Shown here in pieces: positions 63,280 to 64,000 of a stretch of 64,000 nucleotides of DNA (position 1 is the stretch's first letter; every line of letters begins with the position of its first letter). Below the pieces are notes generated by a model. It saw nothing but the letters and a program-made list of their open reading frames with translations. It ran no database searches and had not been told where the DNA came from. This DNA is from Nitrospinales bacterium (GTDB lineage: Bacteria; Nitrospinota; Nitrospinia; Nitrospinales; VA-1), in assembly GCA_965262115.1 (NCBI GenBank), contig OZ253496.1, forward strand, positions 480,001-544,000, written 5' to 3'. The position numbers and the translations under genes were made by a program.

Positions 63280-64000
63280 ATGCTTTCAAATCACCTTCTG
63301 AGTTGGCTGCTTGTGCTTCCCTCCTTGGGAATTGGAGCCTTATGCTGTATACGAGACCGAGAAATGGTCAATCGCGTCGCCTTGGCCAGCACCCTTCTCA
63401 CCTTTGGCTTGTCGGTAATCATCTGGATGCAGTTCGATTTTGCAAAAGCCGATATGCAATTTGTTGAACGATTCGAATTAATGCCAACGCTAAAGGTTCA
63501 GTATGCCTTGGGTATTGACGGCATCAGCCTTATCATGGTCGTCCTGACTGCTTTGCTGACTCCCATTGCCGTTTTGTGCTCTTGGAACACTATCAAAACA
63601 AATCTGCATGTTTTTATGGTCCTCATTCTCTTGTTGGAGACAGCCACACTCGGCGTATTTCTTTCGCTAGATTTGGTATTCTTCTATATTTTTTGGGAAC
63701 TTACGATGGTGTGTGCGTACTTTTTGATGGTGGTATGGGGGGGACCGGGTCGAAGCTCTGCTGGATTAAAATTTGTCCTGTATAGCTTTGGCGGTGGCCT
63801 TCTTCTCTTATTGGCTATATTGGGCCTCTATGTTCAGGGTGGACAAACATTTGATCTAGTGACGTTATCAGATTATGCATTTAGCACTTCTACTCAATAC
63901 TGGTTATTTCTCGCATTTTTTCTGGCCTTTGCTATTAAGGTCCCCATGATTCCTTTTCATGCTTGGTTGCCGGGTGCTTATGCTGAATCACCCACTGCTG
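63280..64000 (+). CDS. NuoM-like subunit (partial, runs off the window)
   Basis: Manual translation: YALGIDGISL, FYIFWE, WGG, AFAIKVPMIPFHAWLP. Confidence 0.88.
   Translation, partial: MLSNHLLSWLLVLPSLGIGALCCIRDREMVNRVALASTLLTFGLSVIIWMQFDFAKADMQFVERFELMPTLKVQYALGIDGISLIMVVLTALLTPIAVLCSWNTIKTNLHVFMVLILLLETATLGVFLSLDLVFFYIFWELTMVCAYFLMVVWGGPGRSSAGLKFVLYSFGGGLLLLLAILGLYVQGGQTFDLVTLSDYAFSTSTQYWLFLAFFLAFAIKVPMIPFHAWLPGAYAESPTA

Overview
Bacterial chromosomal window. Gene content and style suggest a marine chemolithoautotroph such as Nitrospina/Nitrospinota, but this is inference only. Housekeeping blocks are ubiX-tmk, znuACB plus a CDF exporter, a sulfite/nitrite reductase followed by yicC-gmk-hisC-mltG, panE, folC-lptD-pyrE, tRNA-Pro(GGG) and tRNA-Arg(CCT). 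Accessory material lies between them: (1) a type I R-M island (15.3-22.9 kb) with a HEPN toxin gene inside the operon and its MNT antitoxin domain fused to HsdS, while hsdM carries a premature stop; (2) a 129-bp MITE with a 9-bp TSD and a G20 tract, both disrupting a methyltransferase gene; (3) a decayed IS1595/IS1016-like element; (4) a collapsed type II R-M locus (vsr, C-protein with C-box, REase and MTase stubs) next to tRNA-Arg; (5) an uncharacterised envelope redox operon (beta-barrel, 1016-aa cytochrome c, cupredoxin-like protein, TPR) preceded by a perfect 24-bp x ~19.5 tandem array; (6) a DabA (DUF2309) inorganic-carbon pump gene heading an Mrp-type/NuoL/NuoM operon; and (7) a candidate ~150-nt structured ncRNA. 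No CRISPR array or rRNA was seen. All calls come from reading motifs by eye, with no database searches.
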